DNA of 62,300 nucleotides from an uncultured bacterium (GTDB lineage Bacteria; UBA8481), in contig CAZCME010000001.1 of the NCBI GenBank assembly GCA_964499705.1, forward strand, positions 134,943 to 197,242, in the 5' to 3' direction. Position numbers and translations under genes: made by a program. The notes under the pieces are model-generated. The model was not told where the DNA came from. It did not search any database and was given only the letters and a program-made list of their open reading frames with translations. Positions 28,093-37,170 of this stretch are shown here, piece after piece; position 1 is the stretch's first letter, and each line of letters opens with the position of its first letter.

Positions 28093-28272
28093 TAACAGGA
28101 TGGGCAGGATCGATTTTGAGTGAAAACCATGGTAATTGTAGTCCTGTTATCGGGGAGGGATTTTCTTTTCTCTCTATCAGGAGAATTCATATTGTAATCA
28201 TGCATGCGCCAAAATCGCGTTCCAATCGCGTCCTACAACCTCAAAATCCTGCCCATCTTGCCCATCCTGTTA
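28093..28272. repeat. Imperfect inverted repeat pair built from (A)CAGGATGGG units
   Basis: TAACAGGATGGGCAGGATCGATTTTGAG (28093-28120) versus CTCAAAATCCTGCCCATCTTGCCCATCCTGTTA (28240-28272). Confidence 0.75.
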
Positions 28273-28337
28273 ATTTCCCGCTACCGGATGGGGAAGTTCC
28301 AGGAAAACGAACTTCGTCTTGGCTCGGTTCAAACCAT

Positions 28338-28366
28338 AAAAAGAAGGGGCAGCCGAAGCCGCCCCT
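28338..28366 (-). terminator. Intrinsic terminator
   Basis: Minus strand AGGGGCGGC-TTCG-GCTGCCCCT-TCTTTTT. The G.U pair forms only on the minus strand. Confidence 0.8.
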
Positions 28367-28452
28367 CCCGATCCGTATTGTGGGTCCCTATCCAGTCGGG
28401 CCCACTCGGTCGCAAACTGATAGACGGAGAACTCCCGAAAGAGTTTCCCTCC
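28338..28452 (-). ncRNA. Candidate ~115-nt structured RNA (sRNA or riboswitch-like leader), family not recognised
   Basis: Promoter-like hexamers upstream, two UUCG hairpins, a central possible pseudoknot and a U-tailed terminator; no credible ORF. Confidence 0.5.
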
Positions 28453-28458
28453 AATTTC

Positions 28459-28488
28459 AATATAGTACCCGTAGATCCTATATTGCAA
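28459..28488 (-). promoter_or_regulatory. Putative sigma70 promoter for the candidate RNA
   Basis: Minus strand TTGCAA-N18-TATATT, placing the start near 28452. Confidence 0.45.
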
Positions 28489-28628
28489 GGGCAGGGGAGA
28501 TGTCTTGTCTGCAAATATCGATCTTATTCAAGTAATATGAGATATTCATAGTTAGTAACAGGGGTCAAAATGCTCGATCTTATTTTTGTGCACGTGAGCT
28601 GAAAGAGGCAATCGAGGGGCCGATGCGC

Positions 28629-31298
28629 CTACTTTCGAGGCGCGTTTTCGGGCCGATTCACCGGTGTGTCCGAGGAGGCATCGCGGCTGAAGAGATCGGT
28701 GACTTTCCGGACGGGCGCGGAGAAGAGACTGGTGATGGCGCGCAACTGGCGCGTGAGCGAGTTCAGGATGACGCGCGTCATCATCTGTTCCACGAGCCAG
28801 GAGAGTTTCGGCTGCGTCAGCGGACCGGTCAACTTCCCGTTCAACGTGACAAGCTGGTCGTCGTCGGCGATCAGCTTCAATGAATCCGATGCCTTGCGCC
28901 CTCCGACCTGCACTCGTTCGAGCGCCGGAGTTCTCTTCAGGAAAATGGGCACATCGATCCGCGCCTTGATATTCGCGTCAATGAGTGCGGGCTTGTCCGC
29001 GCTGATGGTGCCTTCGCAGGAGAGACTGGAACTTCCCTGGGTTACTTCGAGGATGTCGATCTTCGTGCCCTTTTCCGATCGATCGATCCGCGTCGAGATG
29101 AGGAAGGGTTCGCCCGCGGGCTTGAACCAGGTGTCCCCCAGCATCATGATCGCCTCCTTCGCGTTGAGATTCGCGACGACATTCACGTTCTCATCCGCGC
29201 CCTTGATGGCAATGTGCACATCACCCTTTCCGGTGATATCGATCTGAGAGAGCGCCGGCCAGAGCCTGGGGGCGAGGAATGTGCGGAGGCCATCGAGCCC
29301 TGTGCGGTCCCGTCCCAGTGCCAGATCATAATCGCGTGCGGATACATGGCCGCTCAATCCGAGATCGGTGTTGCCGATGGCGATGTTTCCGGAAGCAATT
29401 TCCAGCCGCTTATTTTCGAAGGTGGCGTTCATGCTGAGCGAGGATCCGAGCCCGCGGGGTTTGACGCCGGCGGCCGGCATGTCCAGCGCGGTCTGATCCA
29501 GCCGGATCGTCGTCCTGATCGCCCAGGCATTTCCTCGCTGCGCAAGCGCGGCCTGTCCCGAGGCCGCTCCATCGAGCCTGGCATAGGAGGACAATTGATC
29601 GAGGGTTCCCGGGAAATATTTCCGCACATCGTTCCACAGGATCTCATCCAGCTTCACGTCGAGATCGGCGTTATGCGGAGCCCACTCTCCGTCGATGTGG
29701 AACCGGCTTTTTCCGATCCGCGCTTCGCAATTCTCCGCCCGGATCTTCTCCTTCGCGAAATGTCCCGCGACGCTCAGCGACGCCGGATCACCGGCAGGCT
29801 TCTTCATCCAGCCTTCGATCTCGGCGGAAGCATCCTGGAAGTCGATGGAACCCGACATGCCGCCGCCGCGCGCGAGCCTGAAGACCGCCGAGACGGGGCC
29901 GTCGAGCGTGAAGCCCGGGAGATCCTGGAAGGCGGTCAAGTGCCGCGCGACATCGGAACCATGCAGCTCCGGGAGCGTCAACTTCCAATGGTCATTCTCC
30001 GGCACGAGCTCGGCGCGCGATCGCGAGACCTCGATGGAGATCTTCGCCACGCCCGCCCTGGCCGCCGTGGTCCGCGATCGTCCCTCGATCGCAAGGCGCC
30101 CGTGGATGCCCGCGGCCTTATGGATGATATTTCCATATCGCGCGACCGCGCCGGTCATGTCGATCTCGATGGCGTATCGATCGCCCGTCGTGTCGCCGGT
30201 CAGGAGACTATGACCGTTCACCGGCCCGTCGGCTTCGAAGGAAGGATCGCACAGGAGAAACGCGATGTCTTCTCCGCGGCCGTCACGCGTCTCGATCGTG
30301 AACGACGTGAAGCTGTCCGGAGCGCGCTTCGAGCTGAAGATTCCGCGGCCATCCAGCCTCGTCCTCTTCCATCCCATGGTCGCGGACGCGACCTCGATCC
30401 GCGTGTCCCGCGTGATGCTCTTGAAGTCGATCGTCATCGTATCCGCACGAGGCCGCGCGCCGCTTGCGGGATGATCGAGGACCGGCCCCGCCACGCGGAA
30501 TTCCGCATCGTAGGAGACGACACCGCTGTCGAAGTCGATCCGGATCGGGCCGGAGAGACGCCCCTCGTGAAAGGAGATGATCCTCAGGAATTCGTAGTAG
30601 GGTTTCAGTTGTGTCACCTCGGCTTCGTTGAAGAGAATCGTGGCCGCCGCTTTGCGCGCGTTGGGGTGCGTGAAGAGCGTCAGGTCCATGGTGCCGCCTT
30701 TCGGCAGCCGGATTTCCGGGGCTGCGGTGTTGTTCGTGATCTCGGCTCCGTCCGACATCACGGTGTGGTTGACCTTCACATCGCGAAATGTCATCTGGAA
30801 TCCTGACCGGCCGACGCGGCCGTCATCGAGATGGATGGTCGCTCCATGGATGGCGATCGGCAGCGCAAACGTGGGGTGATCCGTCCGAGGCGGCTTCTTC
30901 ACCCAGAAATGATCCGTGTTCCATGTCCTCGTCCAGTCGCGCTCAAACCAGATCTCCGGGTCGAGGATCGTGATCCGCGTGGGACGGAACGCGCTGGTTT
31001 CTCCTCCGGTCATCCCCAGCTGAAAGCGGATGATGGGCGCCGCAAAGAGCAGGGGCGCGTTGTAGCCGGTATCGTTATAGATCCGGACATCGCGGAGCGT
31101 CACGCGGCCGAGAAGATTGAAGGAGGCTTCGCCGACCTCGATCCGGCGCGCGCACATCGAAGCGAGGAACTCGCCCGCGAGCGCCCTGAAGCGCTCGGAA
31201 CGGATCTCCGTCAGGGCGCCGGCCGCCGCGAGAATCAGCAGGACGACGACCGAGTATATGAGGACGCGGTGGCGGTGTGTCATGCCCGGAATTTTCAT
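28629..31298 (-). CDS. AsmA-like/YhdP-like periplasmic beta-rich protein
   Basis: Single N-terminal TM, long beta-strand-rich body with repeated KP.G motifs, C-terminal LNGKLTGPLTQPK. Confidence 0.65.
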   Translation of the reverse strand: MKIPGMTHRHRVLIYSVVVLLILAAAGALTEIRSERFRALAGEFLASMCARRIEVGEASFNLLGRVTLRDVRIYNDTGYNAPLLFAAPIIRFQLGMTGGETSAFRPTRITILDPEIWFERDWTRTWNTDHFWVKKPPRTDHPTFALPIAIHGATIHLDDGRVGRSGFQMTFRDVKVNHTVMSDGAEITNNTAAPEIRLPKGGTMDLTLFTHPNARKAAATILFNEAEVTQLKPYYEFLRIISFHEGRLSGPIRIDFDSGVVSYDAEFRVAGPVLDHPASGARPRADTMTIDFKSITRDTRIEVASATMGWKRTRLDGRGIFSSKRAPDSFTSFTIETRDGRGEDIAFLLCDPSFEADGPVNGHSLLTGDTTGDRYAIEIDMTGAVARYGNIIHKAAGIHGRLAIEGRSRTTAARAGVAKISIEVSRSRAELVPENDHWKLTLPELHGSDVARHLTAFQDLPGFTLDGPVSAVFRLARGGGMSGSIDFQDASAEIEGWMKKPAGDPASLSVAGHFAKEKIRAENCEARIGKSRFHIDGEWAPHNADLDVKLDEILWNDVRKYFPGTLDQLSSYARLDGAASGQAALAQRGNAWAIRTTIRLDQTALDMPAAGVKPRGLGSSLSMNATFENKRLEIASGNIAIGNTDLGLSGHVSARDYDLALGRDRTGLDGLRTFLAPRLWPALSQIDITGKGDVHIAIKGADENVNVVANLNAKEAIMMLGDTWFKPAGEPFLISTRIDRSEKGTKIDILEVTQGSSSLSCEGTISADKPALIDANIKARIDVPIFLKRTPALERVQVGGRKASDSLKLIADDDQLVTLNGKLTGPLTQPKLSWLVEQMMTRVILNSLTRQLRAITSLFSAPVRKVTDLFSRDASSDTPVNRPENAPRK

Positions 31299-31372
31299 GG
31301 GTGAAGTATGGGGGATTGCCTGAGAAGTATGAAGTACTTCATCTCTCCCGCTTCTTCCCTTATTCTTAACCC

Positions 31373-32737
31373 ATGAAGTCCGCGGAAGATCGCATCATCT
31401 ACTCGATCGTGGGTGGAGTTCTCATCATAGGAACTTGCCTGACCGTGGCGCTCCTGGCTTTCACCGGCAAACTGAGCGCATGGAAATTTCCGAAGACCGT
31501 GGACGAGATCACGGGTACGAAGCTCGAATCGGCCGCGGCCGGAGCTGTCCAGGATCCGGAAGCCCAGGAAGCTCTGACCAGCGGACAATGGGAAAAGGCC
31601 ATCACCCGGCTGGAATTTCTGCTGGCGTCGGGCGTTTCCGATCCGTCGGTCGCGCGCGCGCTCGGTATCGCTCTCTACAATTCCGCCGTGGAATTGAGCG
31701 ACGACGAGAGCTCCGGGCCCGCCGAGTGGTCCCGAGCCCTGGCGCGATTCCAGAAATCGGATGCGATCCTTGCTTCCGACGAGGCGCATCGCGTCAAGAT
31801 TTCCCGCGGCTATGGAACGATCGGGCTGAGGTTGTACGAGAGCGGTCAGAGGGAGGAAGGAAAGCGGCGGATCGAGGAGGGAAGAACGCGGCATCTGACC
31901 GATCCGTATCTCTGTTACCTGGCCGGCGCCATCAAGGCGGTGGAAGGCTACTACGCCGATGCGCAACCGCTCCTGACGAGAGGCACGGAATCTCCGGACG
32001 CCGGCATCCGGGCCGCTTCGGCGAAGATGCTTTCGCGCATCGCCGGAGACGTGAAGGCGGAGGCGAACTACGCGGTGACGGAGAATGCGCGGCTCACGAT
32101 GCGGTTCGAGGGATCTCCGCGCCCCGAACTCGCGGCGAAGATCCAGACGATTCTCGCGAGCGAGGAAGGGAACATTGCCGCGATCGTCGGGAGGGCGCCG
32201 AGCCGGAAGACGGAGGTGATCATCTACACCAGCTCTCAATTCGCGCAGGCGCGCGGACTGCCCGACTGGGTCGGAGGTCTCTTCGACGGCAGAATCCGTG
32301 TAAGCGCCGGCGATGCCTCCGAGGGCGATGATTTCCTCCGGTCCATTCTTTCCCACGAATACGCGCACGCCGCCGTGTACGATCTACTTGGACGCTCGGC
32401 TCCGGGCTGGCTCGATGAAGGGATCGCCCAGGTCGCGCAGTACGGCTCCTCGCCTCCCGTGGATCAATTGCGCTCGAAGATCGCGGCAGCGGGATGGAAG
32501 CCCTTGTCTTCGCTCAATTCCAACTTCACCGGCATGGGAGGCGTGGCCGCGGGAGGGGCTTATGCTCAGGCCTACGCGGTCGCCGGTTTCATCATCCAAC
32601 GGAACGGCCTGGGTGGAATCCAGTCATTGCTGGGATTTATGTCACGCGGCGCAGATGCGGAATCGGCCTTGCGCCAGAGTGTGGGCTTCGATCTAGCCAC
32701 GCTTGATGCGGAAACGAAGAAATGGGTGGGACTGTAA
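31373..32737 (+). CDS. TPR-containing membrane-anchored peptidase MA-family (gluzincin) protein
   Basis: N-terminal TM, helical TPR-like region, PDWVGGLFDG, LSHEYAH, PGWLDEGIAQ, AYAQA. Confidence 0.8.
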   Translation: MKSAEDRIIYSIVGGVLIIGTCLTVALLAFTGKLSAWKFPKTVDEITGTKLESAAAGAVQDPEAQEALTSGQWEKAITRLEFLLASGVSDPSVARALGIALYNSAVELSDDESSGPAEWSRALARFQKSDAILASDEAHRVKISRGYGTIGLRLYESGQREEGKRRIEEGRTRHLTDPYLCYLAGAIKAVEGYYADAQPLLTRGTESPDAGIRAASAKMLSRIAGDVKAEANYAVTENARLTMRFEGSPRPELAAKIQTILASEEGNIAAIVGRAPSRKTEVIIYTSSQFAQARGLPDWVGGLFDGRIRVSAGDASEGDDFLRSILSHEYAHAAVYDLLGRSAPGWLDEGIAQVAQYGSSPPVDQLRSKIAAAGWKPLSSLNSNFTGMGGVAAGGAYAQAYAVAGFIIQRNGLGGIQSLLGFMSRGADAESALRQSVGFDLATLDAETKKWVGL

Positions 32738-32775
32738 GCACGGCCGCTGCTATCGAAAAAGTGGCCGATTTGCAA

Positions 32776-32805
32776 TTGACATCCTGAGCAACCGTTCATT
32801 ATCCT
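32776..32805 (+). promoter_or_regulatory. Putative sigma70 promoter
   Basis: TTGACA-N18-TATCCT upstream of the porin gene. Confidence 0.4.
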
Positions 32806-32871
32806 CCATCCGCACGCGGCTGTGCTCCAGAAAAGCGGAGAGCGCGAATACAAGGCGACAAGGGGCTGCAC

Positions 32872-33957
32872 ATGCTGAGACCTTTCAAGACGACGTTCGC
32901 ACTCGCGGCGATTCTTACAATCCTGGCTTCTCCAACGATGGCCTTGGATATCAACGGCAACCTGATTGTGGAATACCGGAACCGCGAAGGTGGCACGGGA
33001 TTGATAGCGGGAACCCAGCATGATCAGTTTCGGCTTGTCCAGACCACGCTCCGCCTGACCCATGACTTCACCGACTACAATCGCTTCGGCGCGTCGATCA
33101 CATCCGGGCAGGGTGGAGCCGTCGCTGTCACGGAAGGATGGGCCGAGCTCGGCGGGTTGCCGTATAACGGCGTCCTGACCCTCGGCCGATTCTACAAGCC
33201 TCTGGCCGCTCCGTATCAGACCGTGGGATTGTCCTACCCGGCGCTTCTCTTTCATACAAATCCCGTTCTCGGCGCCAAAGTCGGCATGGACTTTTACCCA
33301 TGGCGATGGGAAGTCGGGCTCGTGAACAATTACGACCTGTCCCTCACCGGAACGACGATCAGCAATTCACCGGCGATGGCGAGGCCGATCGTGGTCGCCG
33401 GCGCGGGAGAACATATCAAGGAAGTCTATTCCTACCTGGGTTGGCGGGATGGAGGATCATGGGGAAGCCTCGACGCGAGCGCGGGTTTTTCCTACGGCAG
33501 CTTCAATATTCGTGATCGCGCGCTCTTCAACACGATCGCGGGATTCGTTCCCGGATCCCAGAATGACCGGTCCGATCGCTATCTGTACGAATTTTCCGCG
33601 GATTATACGTATGGCCCGTATCGCGTGTCCGGAGATTATGCGCGGTCGCGGGAGGGCAGATTCGCCATGACCGTGTATAATGTCACCGGTGGATATCGCT
33701 GGGGCAAATACAATTTTCTCGTCGGGTACGATCATTTGACCAACAATGCCAATGTTCGTCTCACATCGACTCCAGCCACCTGGGAGCGCGACAGGGTCAC
33801 ATACGGAATCAACTACGAATGGCATCCCAACGTGACGCTGGCGCTCGAGTACGAGGACAACAGGGAAGACATCACGACCGTATCAGCGGAGCGGCGGCAG
33901 GCGAAGGACGGCATCGAGAATGACGGTCTCGTCTTCCAGATCAACGCGTCCTTCTAG
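32872..33957 (+). CDS. Outer-membrane beta-barrel porin-like protein
   Basis: Signal peptide, LTLGRFYKP, aromatic alternating strands, C-terminal FQINASF. Confidence 0.7.
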   Translation: MLRPFKTTFALAAILTILASPTMALDINGNLIVEYRNREGGTGLIAGTQHDQFRLVQTTLRLTHDFTDYNRFGASITSGQGGAVAVTEGWAELGGLPYNGVLTLGRFYKPLAAPYQTVGLSYPALLFHTNPVLGAKVGMDFYPWRWEVGLVNNYDLSLTGTTISNSPAMARPIVVAGAGEHIKEVYSYLGWRDGGSWGSLDASAGFSYGSFNIRDRALFNTIAGFVPGSQNDRSDRYLYEFSADYTYGPYRVSGDYARSREGRFAMTVYNVTGGYRWGKYNFLVGYDHLTNNANVRLTSTPATWERDRVTYGINYEWHPNVTLALEYEDNREDITTVSAERRQAKDGIENDGLVFQINASF

Positions 33958-33962
33958 GAGAC

Positions 33963-34844
33963 ATGAGCATGCTTAATGTGAACAATGCAAGGGAGGCGGT
34001 GAGCGCCATGGTGAGGATCGTTCTGACGTCGAGGCGTTTCTGGAGTCTGATGCTTGTGGTCGCCGCGTTTTTCATGGTGGGTCAATTCGTGGAAGCGGAG
34101 CGTCCTCTCTACGGTTCGCTCGTGAAATCCCGGGGCGTTGTGGAATATCGCGCCGCCGGAACGACGAAATGGATCACGGCCACGGAACGCCAGAGAGTCT
34201 CCCAGGGAGACCGTTTCAAGACAGGCGCCGACGGCGAAGTTGTCATCAAGCTCTCCAACCGCAATCTCGTCTCCGTCCGGTCCAATTCGGAAGTCACGAT
34301 CAACATGGCGACGACGCAGTCCTCCACCGATGAGAACAACATGGCCCTCGGCCTCTTCCCCGCCCGCACCCAGGTTCAGAACATGGAAGTGGGTCTCGAT
34401 CGTGGCCGGGCGATTAACGTGATGAAGGGCCTGCGCGCGAATTCCCAGTTCCGCATGGCGACGCCGGTCGCGGTTGCCGGAGTCCGCGGCACGGTCTTCC
34501 TCGCGGAAGTTCTGCCTCCCGGCGACGCCCGCCGCGGTCAGAAACAGAGCGGCGCCAACACGCTCACGAATTTCTCCTGCATCGAGGGCAGCCTCAATGT
34601 GAATCCGACGGCTCTCGGCGGCTTTGATCCGACCATCGTTCCGGAAGGACAGGGTTTCTCCATCGGATCGGGTCCGGACGGTGCGCCGATCGGATCTCCC
34701 GACGTCAGCCCGGTCCCTTCGAATGTCGTGGAAGAAGTGACCAACGCCGTGGATCCGACGCTGCAGGCCGATCCCACCGGGGGCCCGGAGCCCCCCTCGC
34801 AACCGGATCCGGTCACGAGTTCCGACAACGTCTACTGCTATTAG
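33963..34844 (+). CDS. FecR-domain protein
   Basis: TM or signal, GDRFKTGADG, VRSNSEV, ATPVAVAGVRGT, CIEGSL; Pro-rich tail. Confidence 0.8.
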   Translation: MSMLNVNNAREAVSAMVRIVLTSRRFWSLMLVVAAFFMVGQFVEAERPLYGSLVKSRGVVEYRAAGTTKWITATERQRVSQGDRFKTGADGEVVIKLSNRNLVSVRSNSEVTINMATTQSSTDENNMALGLFPARTQVQNMEVGLDRGRAINVMKGLRANSQFRMATPVAVAGVRGTVFLAEVLPPGDARRGQKQSGANTLTNFSCIEGSLNVNPTALGGFDPTIVPEGQGFSIGSGPDGAPIGSPDVSPVPSNVVEEVTNAVDPTLQADPTGGPEPPSQPDPVTSSDNVYCY

Positions 34845-34924
34845 GGTCACTCCGCCGCAGCGTTGCCTTTTTACAACAGCCTGATTTCCCGTTCGGTTCC
34901 GCAACGGTCCGGTCCCCAAATTTC

Positions 34925-34953
34925 TTGACACTCCTCAGGCTTCCGCTCATTCT
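34925..34953 (+). promoter_or_regulatory. Putative sigma70 promoter of the LLM-cofG-cofH operon
   Basis: TTGACA-N17-CATTCT. Confidence 0.45.
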
Positions 34954-35003
34954 ACTCCGCTGGCGATTGCCGTCAGTCATTTCATCTCTCCGGAGGGTAG
35001 CAC

Positions 35004-36026
35004 GTGCTTAATTTTGGAATCTGTTTCAAGGGCGACATGGCTGTCGGACGCACCGTTTCTCTCGCTCAGCGCGCCGAACGCGCGGGCTTCACCTACTGCT
35101 GGACCTTCGATTCTCACGTTCTCTGGAAAGAATACAACACCATGATCGGCTATCTCGCGGGCAAGACTGACATCATGCGCCTCGGTCCCTGCGTGACGAA
35201 CCCCGGAGTTCGCGACTGGACCGTCGCCGCCAGCCACTTCGCGGCCCTGAATGTCATCTCCGGAGGTCGTGCCGTCTGCGGCGTCGGCCGCGGAGATTCC
35301 TCGCGCCGCGTCCTGGGACGCACGCCGATGCCCGTCGAGAAGATGAAGGAATTCGGAATCTTCGTGAAGAAGATGGCCGAAGGCGGCCGTGTCGAATACG
35401 AAGGCAAGGAGCAGTGGTTTCCCTGGGCCAATCCCGATTACAAGCTGCCGATGTGGGTCGCCGGTTACGGCCCGAAGGTTCTTCGTTCCGCCGGTACTTA
35501 CGCCGACGGTATCATTCTCCAGATCGCCGACGTCGAGCTCTGCAAGTGGTTCATCTCCCAGGTTCACGAAGGCGCGCGGTCGGTCGGGCGAGATCCGAGC
35601 CAGATCAAGATCATGGCTGCGGCCCCGGTCTGGATCTCCAAGGACAAGGCGGAGTGCCGCCGCCACGTGAAGTGGTTTCCGGCGATGGTCGGCAATCATG
35701 TCGCGGACATCGTCAAACATGTCGTCGATAAGGATCCCGAGCAGGCGAAGCACATTCCGAAGTCGCTCACCGACTACATCAAGGGTCGCGAAGGTTACGA
35801 CTACCGCCAGCACGCGGACAAGGATTCGGATCACCTGAAGTTCATCAGCGACGAGATCGTCGACGGATTCTGCATTGTCGGCACCGTCGAGGAGCATATT
35901 GCCAAGCTGCGCGCGTTGCGGGCCGTGGGCGTCGATCAGTTCAACATGTACTGCATGTTCGACGACGAGGAGCGGATCGTGGAGCAGTATTGCACCGAGA
36001 TTCTCTTCGAAGTCAATAAGTGGTAG
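35004..36026 (+). CDS. LLM-class, probably F420-dependent, oxidoreductase
   Basis: GFTYCWTFDSHVLW, LGPCVTNP, SGGRAVCGVGRGDS, AGYGPKVL, ADGIILQ; GGAGGG RBS plus GTG; adjacent to cofGH. Confidence 0.85.
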   Translation: MLNFGICFKGDMAVGRTVSLAQRAERAGFTYCWTFDSHVLWKEYNTMIGYLAGKTDIMRLGPCVTNPGVRDWTVAASHFAALNVISGGRAVCGVGRGDSSRRVLGRTPMPVEKMKEFGIFVKKMAEGGRVEYEGKEQWFPWANPDYKLPMWVAGYGPKVLRSAGTYADGIILQIADVELCKWFISQVHEGARSVGRDPSQIKIMAAAPVWISKDKAECRRHVKWFPAMVGNHVADIVKHVVDKDPEQAKHIPKSLTDYIKGREGYDYRQHADKDSDHLKFISDEIVDGFCIVGTVEEHIAKLRALRAVGVDQFNMYCMFDDEERIVEQYCTEILFEVNKW

Positions 36027-36057
36027 ATCGGGCCGCGGACCGAGCCAGGTTCACCCG

Positions 36058-37170
36058 ATGCATTCTTTCGACTTCTCCGGAGAAGATCTCGCGACACTGA
36101 TGTCGCGCTCCGCCGCGAGGCGCGATGCGGCATGGGGCCGGATGGTCACCTACTCCCGCAAGGTCTTCATTCCGCTCACCAATCTTTGCCTCGATAAGTG
36201 CGGTTACTGCGTCTTCGCGCGCCCGCCCGAGGAAGAAGCCGCGCGCTACATGACTCCGGAAGAAGTCCTCGCCGTGGCCGAACGCGGCCGCACGCTCGGC
36301 TGCAAGGAGGCGCTCTTCTCGCTCGGCGAGCGACCGGAGCTCCGTCATGCGAAGGCCCGCGAATCGCTCGCGCGCCTGGGATATGAAACCACGATTGCTT
36401 ATCTCCGCGCGATGTGCGCGCTCGTGCTGGAAAAGACCGGACTCCTGCCGCACGCCAATCCCGGAGCACTGTCGGAGTCCGAACTGCGATCGCTCATGCC
36501 CGTCGCGGGATCGATGGGGATGATGCTCGAGAATATATCGGAGCGGCTGATGGAGCCGGGGCAGGCGCATTTTCAATGTCCGGACAAGCATCCGGTCAGG
36601 AGGATCGCGACCCTGGAAGCCGCGGGCCGGTTGAAGATCCCGTTCACGACGGGAATCCTGATCGGCATCGGCGAGACATGGGAGGAACGCATCGCGACGC
36701 TCGAAGCGATCGCGCGCATTCACCATGAATTCGGACATATCCAGGAAGTGATCGTCCAGAACTTCCGGGCCAAGCCGGGGATTCGCGCGGAGTCCTGGCC
36801 GGAACCTCCTCTGGATGACATGCTCCGCACGATCGCCGCCGCGCGCCTCATCCTTCCCGATGAAGTGAGCATCCAGGCTCCGCCGAATCTCATGCCCGAC
36901 GAATACGGCCGGTACATCGACGCGGGCCTGAACGACTGGGGCGGAGTTTCGCCGGCGACGGCCGATCATATCAATCCCGAGCGGGCCTGGCCGAAGATCG
37001 CGGAACTCGCGGACGTCACCGCGGGTCGCGGCTTTCAACTTGCGGAGCGGCTCACGATCTATCCACGCTACCTGGGAGATCCCGACCGCTTCGTCGCGGA
37101 GGAAATGCGCGGGCCCATCTTCAGGCTCGCGGGTGCCGACGGACTTCCGGCGGAGCAGCGGCTCTCATGA
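36058..37170 (+). CDS. cofG: FO synthase subunit CofG (radical SAM)
   Basis: TYSRKVFIPLTNLCLDKCGYC, GCKEALF, LLPHANPG, PFTTGILIGIGET, IQAPPNL, DWGGVSP. Confidence 0.92.
   Translation: MHSFDFSGEDLATLMSRSAARRDAAWGRMVTYSRKVFIPLTNLCLDKCGYCVFARPPEEEAARYMTPEEVLAVAERGRTLGCKEALFSLGERPELRHAKARESLARLGYETTIAYLRAMCALVLEKTGLLPHANPGALSESELRSLMPVAGSMGMMLENISERLMEPGQAHFQCPDKHPVRRIATLEAAGRLKIPFTTGILIGIGETWEERIATLEAIARIHHEFGHIQEVIVQNFRAKPGIRAESWPEPPLDDMLRTIAAARLILPDEVSIQAPPNLMPDEYGRYIDAGLNDWGGVSPATADHINPERAWPKIAELADVTAGRGFQLAERLTIYPRYLGDPDRFVAEEMRGPIFRLAGADGLPAEQRLS

Noticed and set aside
28338-28452. Assignment of the candidate RNA to 6S, SRP, SAM-II, guanidine-III, c-di-GMP-II or a self-cleaving ribozyme
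   Set aside because: The key conserved nucleotides and linker lengths of those families, as I recall them, are not matched; left unassigned.
28047-28551. ORFs 28047-28535, 28204-28551 and 28270-28488
   Set aside because: No recognisable motifs and atypical AT-rich composition. They cross repeats and the candidate RNA; the ILPILPILL stretch is just the translated repeat.
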